Source of the DNA: Rhizobium aquaticum
Lineage (GTDB): Bacteria > Pseudomonadota > Alphaproteobacteria > Rhizobiales > Rhizobiaceae
NCBI RefSeq assembly: GCF_040545545.1
Contig: NZ_JBEPMB010000001.1
Coordinates: 807,002 to 871,001, forward strand
Direction of reading: 5' to 3'
Length of the DNA stretch: 64,000 nucleotides
The notes under the pieces: model-generated
The model's database searches: none
What the model saw: only the letters and a program-made list of their open reading frames with translations
What the model was told of the DNA's origin: nothing
Program-made: the position numbers and the translations under genes
Shown here: in pieces, positions 33,018 through 41,653 of the stretch
Layout: every line of letters starts with the position of its first letter
Numbering within the stretch: the stretch's first letter is position 1

Positions 33018-33288
33018 CGAGTTCCTCTCGAATGAAGGCGCGCGGGCACGCTTTCGCCGCCGCGGAACGCGGGCGGAGGTTGAAGGAAGGGTGCTGGCGG
33101 GCGTGACGTCTTGAAATTTTCTACATGCGTTTCCGGCCGGGCGGCCGGAGTTTGCCTCATGACCCGGACGGGCCAGAAGGCGTGCTGCAAACAGCGGTTA
33201 CATGCGATGTGTCCTTGAAAAATTTTGACATTTCATACTTGGTAGATTCGCTCATAGGTTTAAATGGGGTGCTACATTAATTCGGATA

Positions 33289-33308
33289 TCCTTTTGATAT
33301 CAAAAGGA
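33289..33308. promoter_or_regulatory. Perfect 20-bp AT-rich palindrome TCCTTTTGATATCAAAAGGA
   Basis: Read directly. It lies in the AT-rich spacer between the patatin stop and the flotillin start, so it is a candidate operator. Confidence 0.4.
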
Positions 33309-33390
33309 GAAATCGGACTCCGGCTGTTGTTGTCCGGTGGTTTTTCAGCCTTGATGCAGTGGGCTGGCCCTATCTGCTATTTTAGCGGTT

Positions 33391-34242
33391 TCAGACCTGA
33401 AGCGTTTTTGCAAACCGCTCGCCATCCTTCAGCCCGATCTCGTAGGCGCGGCGCAGGCCGTTGGGATCGCGGATGGTGAAGTTGTTGACGGTGACTGGCT
33501 CGGAAGGGCTGACGATCGAGCGGTTTGGCGTGGCGGGTGGCACACGGCCGTGGCGGGTGGTCAGCAGCAGGGTACGCCCGCCTTCCGCTTCCGTCTCTTC
33601 CAGCATCAGGAGCGGAGGGTTGTCGACCAGTCCGCCATCGAGGCAGGGCCTGCCATGAATGCGGCCGACGCGCATGAAGGGCGGCACGGAGGCGGTGGCG
33701 AGAATTCCGTCTATGAGGTCGCGCGCCGTCTGCATCTCATGCGTCGAGACCCACGCTGGCGAAAGGCCGAGATAGCGCCCGGCCTTGGAATAGGCGCCGC
33801 CGGTGATGCGCTTTTCAAGCTGATAAGCGGCAATCGATCCGAGCGCGGCAAGCGACGAGGGCATGAGCGGCGGCGGGCGCGAGACCTGCATGAAGATTGG
33901 CGGCTGGGCTTTCAGAGTTTCAAGGTCGCCATCGTCGAACATGGTCGTGAGAAACTGGTCGAACAGTCCGCCGACAACGAAGGGCGAGCGGCCGTAGATG
34001 AGGTTCTTCCATTCGATATCCTGGCTACCCTCTTCCGCAAACGCAATCGCCGCCTCCCGCACCTGCCGGGCCTTGCCCGCAAGGTTGATCGCGCAATGAT
34101 AGGCGCCCGCCGAGACCGTGACATAATAGTCGGGACGTTGTGGATGCAGCCCTGCAAAGGCTTCCCAGAATCCGGATTGCCAGTAACAGCGATTGCCGCC
34201 ACCGGCAAAGCCTATGGCATCGAAGCGTATGGGTGCAGACAT
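33391..34242 (-). CDS. Patatin-like phospholipase
   Basis: GFAGGGNRC (GxGxxG) and VSAGA (GxSxG) motifs, with a DGG motif later. Confidence 0.8.
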   Translation of the reverse strand: MSAPIRFDAIGFAGGGNRCYWQSGFWEAFAGLHPQRPDYYVTVSAGAYHCAINLAGKARQVREAAIAFAEEGSQDIEWKNLIYGRSPFVVGGLFDQFLTTMFDDGDLETLKAQPPIFMQVSRPPPLMPSSLAALGSIAAYQLEKRITGGAYSKAGRYLGLSPAWVSTHEMQTARDLIDGILATASVPPFMRVGRIHGRPCLDGGLVDNPPLLMLEETEAEGGRTLLLTTRHGRVPPATPNRSIVSPSEPVTVNNFTIRDPNGLRRAYEIGLKDGERFAKTLQV

Positions 34243-34352
34243 GGTGTCAGGCGATGGATTGACGAAGACGTAAAGGGAAGATCATTCAGAGCAAGTGGGG
34301 TGGGGTTTGTCAATGTGGGGTGAGGTAGCTGGTTTCTTGAGGGCCGACCGTT

Positions 34353-34559
34353 CTATTTGCGAAGAAGTGCCAAGCCTTCTTCTTCGCGGCCTTTTCCGCG
34401 TTCGGCGCGATCCATCATCCGCTTGCGCGCTTCCGAGTCACGAACCACAGCTTGCGTGACGTTCAGGTAGAATTCTTCGAGCTGGACTCCATTCGCGCGC
34501 GCAAGGGCTTCGACCTTGTCGTGCAGATCGCCGGGCAGATTCAATACGATCTTGTTCAT
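34353..34559 (-). CDS. Putative type II antitoxin (68 aa, RHH/CopG-like?)
   Basis: Small charged protein whose ATG overlaps the PIN-gene stop (ATGA). Located downstream of the toxin. Confidence 0.5.
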   Translation of the reverse strand: MNKIVLNLPGDLHDKVEALARANGVQLEEFYLNVTQAVVRDSEARKRMMDRAERGKGREEEGLALLRK

Positions 34560-34978
34560 TGCGCTATCCTGTTCATGATCTCGATAGGCGTCAGAATTTC
34601 GATGTTTCTGAACTTCAGTTCTGATCCGAGAAAGTCACGCTTGTTGAATGTGGCTATGCATCTGCCACTTCCCGCGACCGCGAGTTCCATCAGGTGGTTG
34701 TCCGCTTCGTCGCGGAGATTGGGCCTCCAGAGGAAATATATGTCACAGATGACGCATTTGCCAAGGAAGATGTCGAAAAGGGCTTGCCTCTCGTCATAAC
34801 CTAGTCTGGCATCGGTGAAGATGCCGCTACGGTCGAGAACATCTTCATACTCCAGATAGAGCGCATTGCTCATCAGTGGAGTCAATTTGCCACCAAGGCA
34901 CGCCTCGATGACCTGCGAGGCGGGGCCGCGGCCGATGCAAGCGCCGATGAAGACGTTTGTATCGACCACGATCCGCAT
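34556..34978 (-). CDS. PIN-domain toxin (TIGR00305-like)
   Basis: MRIVVDTNVFI start with conserved acidic residues. ~48% GC, against ~61% for the genome. Confidence 0.7.
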   Translation of the reverse strand: MRIVVDTNVFIGACIGRGPASQVIEACLGGKLTPLMSNALYLEYEDVLDRSGIFTDARLGYDERQALFDIFLGKCVICDIYFLWRPNLRDEADNHLMELAVAGSGRCIATFNKRDFLGSELKFRNIEILTPIEIMNRIAQ

Positions 34979-34984
34979 GTCACA

Positions 34985-35662
34985 TCACCGGATACGCTTG
35001 GCAGCCGGTTCCGGGACCAGGTCGCCGGCCAGGCGGCGGTCGAGGTAGTCCTCGCATTCGGCCATCAGCGGTTCCATCTGGTTGGAGAAGAAGTGGTTGG
35101 CGCCGGGGATGGTCTTGTGGGTGATGAGAATACCCTTCTGCGCCTTCAGCTTTTCGACCAAGCCGTTCACGTCCTTTTCAGGCGCAACGCGGTCGGCGTC
35201 GCCCGAAATGATCAGGCCCGAGGACGGGCAGGGGGCGAGGAAGGAGAAGTCGTAGATGTTCGGCTGCGGGGCGACAGAAATGAAGCCTTCGATTTCCGGG
35301 CGGCGCATCAGAAGCTGCATGCCGATCCAGGAGCCGAAGGAATAGCCGGCAACCCAGCAGTTCTTCGAATCGGTGTGCATGGACTGCACCCAGTCGAGCG
35401 CCGAGGCCGCATCGGAAAGCTCACCGGCGCCATGGTCGAATTCGCCCTGACTGCGCCCGATGCCGCGGAAATTGAAGCGGAGCGTCGTGAAACCGCGCTT
35501 CTGGAACATATAGAAGAGCTGGTAGACGATCTGGTTGTTCATCGTGCCACCGAATTGCGGATGCGGATGGAGGATGATGGCGATCGGGGCGTTCTTTTCC
35601 TTGGACGGCTGGTAGCGACCTTCAAGACGGCCGGCCGGGCCATTGAAAATAATTTCGGGCAT
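34985..35662 (-). CDS. Alpha/beta hydrolase fold protein
   Basis: GYSFGS nucleophile elbow (GxSxG). 225 aa. Confidence 0.75.
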   Translation of the reverse strand: MPEIIFNGPAGRLEGRYQPSKEKNAPIAIILHPHPQFGGTMNNQIVYQLFYMFQKRGFTTLRFNFRGIGRSQGEFDHGAGELSDAASALDWVQSMHTDSKNCWVAGYSFGSWIGMQLLMRRPEIEGFISVAPQPNIYDFSFLAPCPSSGLIISGDADRVAPEKDVNGLVEKLKAQKGILITHKTIPGANHFFSNQMEPLMAECEDYLDRRLAGDLVPEPAAKRIR

Positions 35663-35714
35663 TTTTTCTCCGGTCTGTTGCCGGTTCTAACCGGGAAAAG
35701 GACGTGTTAGTACT

Positions 35715-35752
35715 TGACGAAACAAGTCAGCTTTTCTAAACCTAGTTTAGAA
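35715..35752. promoter_or_regulatory. Iron-control motifs upstream of the suf operon: TGA-N9-TCA (IRO-like) plus TTCTAAAC-cta-GTTTAGAA (ICE-like palindrome)
   Basis: TGAcgaaacaagTCA at 35715-35729 and a perfect 8-3-8 inverted repeat at 35734-35752, ~120 bp upstream of the nifS-like start. Confidence 0.5.
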
Positions 35753-35873
35753 CCATTCGAAAAAGCCGGGCGCGGGCCCGCTTTCCTGATGGGCATGTCT
35801 CTTACGGCATGCGATGCTGAAAATTCAAGAAAAATGCGCCATGCGGTGAGCTTGGCGAAAGACACGGCAAGTG

Positions 35874-37040
35874 ATGGCTGCAAAGCGCACATATCTGGAC
35901 TGGAATGCGACCGCGCCGCTTCTTGCCGAAGCGCGCGAGGCGATGCTGTCCGCTCTGTCGCTGCCGGGCAATGCTTCCTCCGTTCATGTTGAGGGTCGGG
36001 CTGCCCGCGCGGCGATCGACCGGGCGCGCGACAAGGTGGCCGCACTGGTGGGTGCAAAGCCCGCGAATGTTGTCTTCACGTCGGGAGCGACGGAGGCTGC
36101 CAATCTGGTGCTGACCCCGGATTTCCGCATGGGTCGGTCGGCGCTGAAGGTTTCAAAATCGTATGTTTCGTCTATCGAGCATCCTGCCCTACGCGAAGGT
36201 GGCCGGTTTGCCAAGGACGATGTCGTTGAAATTCCGGTGACGGCGGCGGGTGTTGTCGATCTCGATGCGCTGGCAGCGCTTCTGGCTGCGCATGATATGA
36301 CGGCCGGTTTGCCGCTGGTCGCTGTCATGTTCGCCAACAACGAGTCGGGCATTGTCCAGCCGGTGGCCGAGGTTGCGGCGCTCACGCGCAAGGCAGGCGG
36401 CGTTTTCGTTTGCGACGCGGTCCAGGCCGCCGGGCGTGTGCCGGTGTCGATTGAGGCCATCGGCGCGGATTTCCTGATCTTGTCGGCCCACAAGATCGGC
36501 GGGCCCAAGGGTGCGGGTGCGCTTGTCTCGCGTGGCGAAGCGATGATGCCGGCTCCATTGTTGCGCGGTGGCGGACACGAGAAGGGGCACCGGGCGGGTA
36601 CCGAGAATATCGCGGCGATTGCCGGCTTTGGTGCGGCGGCGGAATATCAGCTTCAAAACCTTGAAGCGCGGGTCGCAAGCCTCCAATTCAGGAGGGACCG
36701 GCTGGAAAGCGCCATGCGGCGCATCTGCCCGGATGTTATCGTCCATGGTGCGGATGGCCCGAGACTGCCCAATACATCCTTCTTTTCCGTGCCGGGGCTG
36801 AAATCCGAGACCGGGCAGATTGCGTTTGATCTCGAAGGGGTAGCACTCTCGGCCGGCTCCGCCTGTTCGTCTGGCAAGGTTGGCGAGAGCCATGTGCTGG
36901 CCGCGATGGGCTTCGACCCGAAGCTGGGCGCGCTTCGTGCCTCCATCGGGCCGGAGACGTCGGACGAGGAAATAGACCACGCCATTGCCGCCTTTGAACG
37001 GCTTCTGGCGCGGCTCAACCGGCAGGGTGCTGCCGCTTGA
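35874..37040 (+). CDS. Cysteine desulfurase, NifS/IscS-like (class V aminotransferase)
   Basis: PLP-lysine region (SAHKIGGPKG) and active-site Cys (SAGSACSSG). First gene of the suf cluster. Confidence 0.85.
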   Translation: MAAKRTYLDWNATAPLLAEAREAMLSALSLPGNASSVHVEGRAARAAIDRARDKVAALVGAKPANVVFTSGATEAANLVLTPDFRMGRSALKVSKSYVSSIEHPALREGGRFAKDDVVEIPVTAAGVVDLDALAALLAAHDMTAGLPLVAVMFANNESGIVQPVAEVAALTRKAGGVFVCDAVQAAGRVPVSIEAIGADFLILSAHKIGGPKGAGALVSRGEAMMPAPLLRGGGHEKGHRAGTENIAAIAGFGAAAEYQLQNLEARVASLQFRRDRLESAMRRICPDVIVHGADGPRLPNTSFFSVPGLKSETGQIAFDLEGVALSAGSACSSGKVGESHVLAAMGFDPKLGALRASIGPETSDEEIDHAIAAFERLLARLNRQGAAA

Positions 37041-37173
37041 GGAATGCGTGACGATTAAGACTTGAGGAAAAGCAATTTTCCTTGCGGAGCCGCTGCAATC
37101 GCTGCAAAAGCTCCGGCCAACAGATGAAGATGACAAGCTGCCGGTTCTTGAGCCGGCGAGATTGGAGCACACC

Positions 37174-38643
37174 ATGGTCGCCGTTCAGGAAACCATCGAT
37201 CAGGTCCGCAAGATCGACGTGGACCAGTATAAATACGGCTTCGAGACGACGATTGAATCCGACCGCGCGCCGAAGGGCCTTTCGGAGGATATCGTCCGTT
37301 TCATCTCCGCCAAGAAGCAGGAGCCGGACTGGATGCTGGAATGGCGTCTGGAGGCCTATCGCCGCTGGCTGACGATGGAAGAGCCGACCTGGGCGCGCGT
37401 CAACTATCCGAAGATCGACTTCAACGACATCTATTACTATTCCGCGCCGAAGTCCGCTTCCGGTCCGAAGTCGCTGGACGAGGTCGATCCGGAGCTGCTC
37501 AAGACCTATGAAAAGCTCGGCATTCCGCTGAAGGAACAGGAAATCCTGGCCGGTGTGAAGCCGTCGCGGATTGCCGTCGACGCCGTGTTCGACAGCGTGT
37601 CCGTCGTCACGACCTTCAAGGAAGAGCTGGCCAAGGCCGGCGTCATCTTCATGTCGATCTCGGAAGCGATCCGCGAGCATCCGGATCTCATCAAGACGTA
37701 TCTGGCCACCGTCGTGCCGGTCACCGACAACTATTATGCGACGCTCAATTGCGCCGTCTTCACCGACGGGTCCTTCGTCTATGTGCCGAAGGGCGTGCGT
37801 TGCCCGATGGAACTGTCGACCTATTTCCGTATCAACGAGAAGAATACGGGCCAGTTCGAGCGGACGCTGATCATCGCGGAAGAAGGCGCTTACGTTTCCT
37901 ATCTGGAAGGCTGCACCGCGCCGCAGCGCGACGAGAACCAGCTGCATGCGGCTGTCGTCGAGCTGATCGCCATGGATGACGCCGAAATCAAGTATTCCAC
38001 CGTCCAGAACTGGTATCCGGGCGACAAGGACGGCAAGGGCGGCATCTACAATTTCGTCACCAAGCGCGGCGATTGCCGGGGCAAGAATTCCAAGATCTCC
38101 TGGACGCAGGTCGAGACTGGTTCGGCGATCACCTGGAAATACCCGTCCTGCATCCTGCGCGGCGACGGCTCGCGCGGCGAGTTCTATTCGATTGCCGTGT
38201 CGAACGGCCATCAGCAGGTCGATAGCGGCACGAAGATGATCCATCTCGGCAAGAACACGTCGAGCCGCATCATCTCCAAGGGCATCTCGGCCGGCTTCTC
38301 GCAGAACACCTATCGCGGCCAGGTGGCGATCAACCGCCGGGCGGACAACGCGCGCAACTTCACCCAGTGCGACTCGCTCCTCATCGGCGACAAGTGCGGC
38401 GCGCATACCGTGCCCTATATCGAGGCGAAAAACGCATCGGCGCAGCTGGAGCACGAGGCAACCACCTCGAAGATCTCCGAAGACCAGCTCTTCTACTGCC
38501 TCGCCCGCGGCATCCCGGAAGAGGCGGCGATCGCGCTGATCGTCAACGGGTTCGTGAAGGATGTCATTCAGGAACTGCCGATGGAATTTGCGGTTGAAGC
38601 GCAGAAGCTGATCGGGATTTCGCTTGAGGGTTCGGTGGGGTGA
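37174..38643 (+). CDS. sufB: Fe-S cluster assembly scaffold SufB
   Basis: Full-length SufB. ATG 37174 with a GGAG RBS. Confidence 0.9.
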   Translation: MVAVQETIDQVRKIDVDQYKYGFETTIESDRAPKGLSEDIVRFISAKKQEPDWMLEWRLEAYRRWLTMEEPTWARVNYPKIDFNDIYYYSAPKSASGPKSLDEVDPELLKTYEKLGIPLKEQEILAGVKPSRIAVDAVFDSVSVVTTFKEELAKAGVIFMSISEAIREHPDLIKTYLATVVPVTDNYYATLNCAVFTDGSFVYVPKGVRCPMELSTYFRINEKNTGQFERTLIIAEEGAYVSYLEGCTAPQRDENQLHAAVVELIAMDDAEIKYSTVQNWYPGDKDGKGGIYNFVTKRGDCRGKNSKISWTQVETGSAITWKYPSCILRGDGSRGEFYSIAVSNGHQQVDSGTKMIHLGKNTSSRIISKGISAGFSQNTYRGQVAINRRADNARNFTQCDSLLIGDKCGAHTVPYIEAKNASAQLEHEATTSKISEDQLFYCLARGIPEEAAIALIVNGFVKDVIQELPMEFAVEAQKLIGISLEGSVG

Positions 38644-38646
38644 GGC

Positions 38647-39549
38647 ATGTCCAGTCCGGAAAACGAGGACGAGATATCTGTTGAAATTGCCTCAGACAAG
38701 GCGATTGTGTCGGTAAAGGGGGCTGCGGCATCTCGGCTTGGCCACTCCCTGGCGGACGTGCTGTCGCCATTTACGAATAGTCTTGGATATGTTGGCGATT
38801 TACTAGCAGTGAAGCGCGAAATGGGAGCTCTCATTGCGGCAAAGCGAGCGAAAGAGAAGCTGGAAAAAGAAGGAATTATTTCCGCTGACATTCCGCCTCG
38901 GGTTCTGCTGCCTTGGCTTGAAGGGGCATCGCTTGTTGATCCGGGGAAAGAAGACACGCTAGTAGATGCCTGGGCGGGACTATTAGCTAGAGCAGCGAAG
39001 TCGTCGGACGCGGCTAACGTATCATACATTGAGACATTGAAGAAGCTGGGCGCGGAGGAAGCAGAACAACTTGCCTTCTTTGTGACGGATACCTCGCCTT
39101 CTTTCGGTGTGAAATTCTATGCTGCTAAGCTTGGTGGTGAAGATACACTGGAAAGCGGCTACTTCGTAGAAATCCAAAAGTACATCAATGAAAGACGTGA
39201 CGGAGTCGAATTAGGTGAAATTCGCGCGAAATTTGAGAATCTCCTTATCCAGAAGATGGCTCAAGTTATTTTTTTTGCGATAAATGGAAGCACCCTGCTG
39301 TCGACTGAATACTATAGGAAGTACGAGCACGCTGTGTCAAATCTTGAGCATCTGGGTTTGATTGAAATAAAGAAGAGCAACGTAGAGATTCCGGTTGGCT
39401 CAGTCGTTGTAATTTGGTTTCAGGTTACAAAATATGCCTTTGATCTATTTTGGGCCTGCCAAGGAGTAGTCACAGCTCACGCTGATTATGGTGTAGATTC
39501 GTTGCAAAAGGCTATTTCGACGCCACCCTTAACCAGAAGAAAGCGCTAG
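38647..39549 (+). CDS. Low-GC hypothetical protein inserted between sufB and sufC (possible Abi-alpha/DUF4393-like)
   Basis: ATG 4 nt after the sufB stop. GC drops to ~40% in the 3' half. No recognisable Fe-S function. The LLPWLEGASLVDPGKEDTLVDAWAGLLARAA block is reminiscent of abortive-infection alpha family proteins; this is a recollection, not verified. Confidence 0.55.
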   Translation: MSSPENEDEISVEIASDKAIVSVKGAAASRLGHSLADVLSPFTNSLGYVGDLLAVKREMGALIAAKRAKEKLEKEGIISADIPPRVLLPWLEGASLVDPGKEDTLVDAWAGLLARAAKSSDAANVSYIETLKKLGAEEAEQLAFFVTDTSPSFGVKFYAAKLGGEDTLESGYFVEIQKYINERRDGVELGEIRAKFENLLIQKMAQVIFFAINGSTLLSTEYYRKYEHAVSNLEHLGLIEIKKSNVEIPVGSVVVIWFQVTKYAFDLFWACQGVVTAHADYGVDSLQKAISTPPLTRRKR

Positions 39550-39611
39550 CGCACTGACTAACGCTCCAAATGCGTGTCGCGTAGGCTTTTCGAAGATAGA
39601 AAGTGAACAAA

Positions 39612-40367
39612 ATGCTTGAGATCAGAAACCTTCATGCGCGGATCGCCGAGGATGGCACCGAGATCATTCGTGGCTTGAACCTGACGGTGAAGGCCGGCGA
39701 AGTGGCGGCCATCATGGGGCCGAACGGGTCGGGGAAGTCGACGCTGTCCTATATCCTGTCGGGCCGTGAGGACTATGAAGTCACCGAGGGCGATATTCTT
39801 TATAACGGCGAGAGCATTCTGGAGCTTGATCCGGCCGAGCGCGCGGCACGAGGCATTTTCCTCGCGTTCCAGTATCCGGTCGAAATTCCGGGCGTTGCGA
39901 CTATGCAGTTCCTGAAGGTGGCGCTCAACGAGCAGCGCAAGCAGCGTGGCGAAGCCGAACTGACAACGCCGGACTTCATGAAGCGGGTCAAGGATGCGGC
40001 GGCGCATCTGAAGATCGCGCCGGAAATGCTGCGTCGTCCGCTGAATGTCGGCTTTTCGGGCGGTGAGAAGAAGCGCGCCGAAATCCTGCAGATGGCGCTT
40101 TTGGAGCCGAAGCTTTGCGTGCTCGATGAAACGGACTCTGGCCTCGATATCGACGCGCTGAAGATCGTGTCGGATGGCGTGAACGCGCTGCGTTCGCCGG
40201 ACCGCGCCGTGATCGTCATCACGCACTACCAGCGCCTGCTGGAACACATCGTGCCGGATACGGTTCACGTTCTCTACAAGGGCCAGATCATCAAGTCGGG
40301 CGACAAGTCTCTGGCACTCGAACTCGAAGCCAACGGCTATGCCGACGTGATCGAAGCGGCGGCTTGA
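39612..40367 (+). CDS. sufC: Fe-S cluster assembly ATPase SufC
   Basis: Walker A GPNGSGKST, ABC signature FSGGEKKR and Walker B. ATG 39612. Confidence 0.9.
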   Translation: MLEIRNLHARIAEDGTEIIRGLNLTVKAGEVAAIMGPNGSGKSTLSYILSGREDYEVTEGDILYNGESILELDPAERAARGIFLAFQYPVEIPGVATMQFLKVALNEQRKQRGEAELTTPDFMKRVKDAAAHLKIAPEMLRRPLNVGFSGGEKKRAEILQMALLEPKLCVLDETDSGLDIDALKIVSDGVNALRSPDRAVIVITHYQRLLEHIVPDTVHVLYKGQIIKSGDKSLALELEANGYADVIEAAA

Positions 40368-40377
40368 GGACAAGGCG

Positions 40378-41652
40378 ATGAGTGCTCAACCCCAGATCAA
40401 GCTGACGGAAGCCGAGAACGCGCTTCTGCTTGCTTATACCGAACAGGTCGGCGACCTGCCGGGCAATGGCGATGTGCTGATTGCCCGCGACCGCCTGATC
40501 ACCGATATCAAGACCAGGGGCCTGCCGACGCGCCGCGTCGAGGCCTGGCATTATACCGATATGCGCAACCTGCTGCGGCAGGTTCCTGCGAACAACGACG
40601 GCGACGTGGCGGCCATTGAGCCGCTGATCTCCGGCAGTGCGGTGTTCTCGCTGTCGAACGGCAAGGTTGAGCGCAAGGCGAAGGCCGAAGGCGTTTCCGT
40701 TCGTGGCATCGAGGCCATGCTGGAAGACGGCACTGGGGCGTTTCTGATGTCGCCGCGCGGTGACGATGATGCCATTGGCCGTATCAATGGCGGCTTCCTG
40801 CGCGACGGCTTGGAGATTGCGGTGGCCGATGGCGCGGCTCTGGCCGAGCCGATCGAATTGCAGGTTCTGCATTCGGGCGGTCAGTCGCATGCGCGCTTCG
40901 TCGTGACGGTGGGTGCCGGTGCGTCGGCGCGGTTGATCGAGCGGCAGCAGGGCAACGGCTCGTCGGCGGCGCTCGTTTCGAGCGTTTCGGACCTGACGCT
41001 GAAGGCCGGCGCAGATGTGAGCTGGGTGATCGTTCAGGAGCGGGGCGTTTCCGATACCCATCTCGGCCAGATCAATTTCCGGCTGGAAAAGGACGCCAAG
41101 CTTCGTCTCTTCATTGTGAACGCCGGCGGCAAGCTGGTGCGCCAGGAAGTGCATGGCGTGACGGTGGGCGAGGGTGCGGATTTCACCTTCCGGGTGATCA
41201 ACCTGCTCGGTGGCGAAAGCCACACAGATGTCACCATGACGCTCGGCCATGACGTGCCGGAGACGACGTCCACGGAAATCGTCCGCAATGTCGTGTTCGA
41301 CAAGGCGAGCGGCGTCTTCCAGGGCCAGATCCGGGTTGCCCCTGATGCGCAGAAAACCGACGCGCGCATGGCTTGCAACACGTTGCTGCTTTCCGAAGAG
41401 GCTGATTTCTCGACCAAGCCGGAGCTGGAAATCTTTGCCGACGACGTGCAATGCGCTCATGGCGCGACGGTCGCCGACATCGACCGCAACCATCTCTATT
41501 ACCTGATGGCGCGCGGCATTCCGGAAAAGAAGGCACGCGCGCTTCTGGTGCAGGCCTTCGTGGCGGAAGTGGTCGAGGAACTCGACGACGAGCCGCTGGT
41601 CGAAGCGCTGGAGGCGGTGATCGAAGGCTGGCTCGAAAGGCATGGGAACTGA
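40378..41652 (+). CDS. sufD: Fe-S cluster assembly protein SufD
   Basis: SufBD-fold C-terminus. Placed between sufC and sufS. Confidence 0.85.
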   Translation: MSAQPQIKLTEAENALLLAYTEQVGDLPGNGDVLIARDRLITDIKTRGLPTRRVEAWHYTDMRNLLRQVPANNDGDVAAIEPLISGSAVFSLSNGKVERKAKAEGVSVRGIEAMLEDGTGAFLMSPRGDDDAIGRINGGFLRDGLEIAVADGAALAEPIELQVLHSGGQSHARFVVTVGAGASARLIERQQGNGSSAALVSSVSDLTLKAGADVSWVIVQERGVSDTHLGQINFRLEKDAKLRLFIVNAGGKLVRQEVHGVTVGEGADFTFRVINLLGGESHTDVTMTLGHDVPETTSTEIVRNVVFDKASGVFQGQIRVAPDAQKTDARMACNTLLLSEEADFSTKPELEIFADDVQCAHGATVADIDRNHLYYLMARGIPEKKARALLVQAFVAEVVEELDDEPLVEALEAVIEGWLERHGN

Positions 41653-41653
41653 G

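Noticed and set aside
30954-33035. 693-aa plus-strand ORF
   Set aside because: Antisense to the flotillin gene. Its repetitive translation mirrors the Ala/Glu codon repeats of the real gene.
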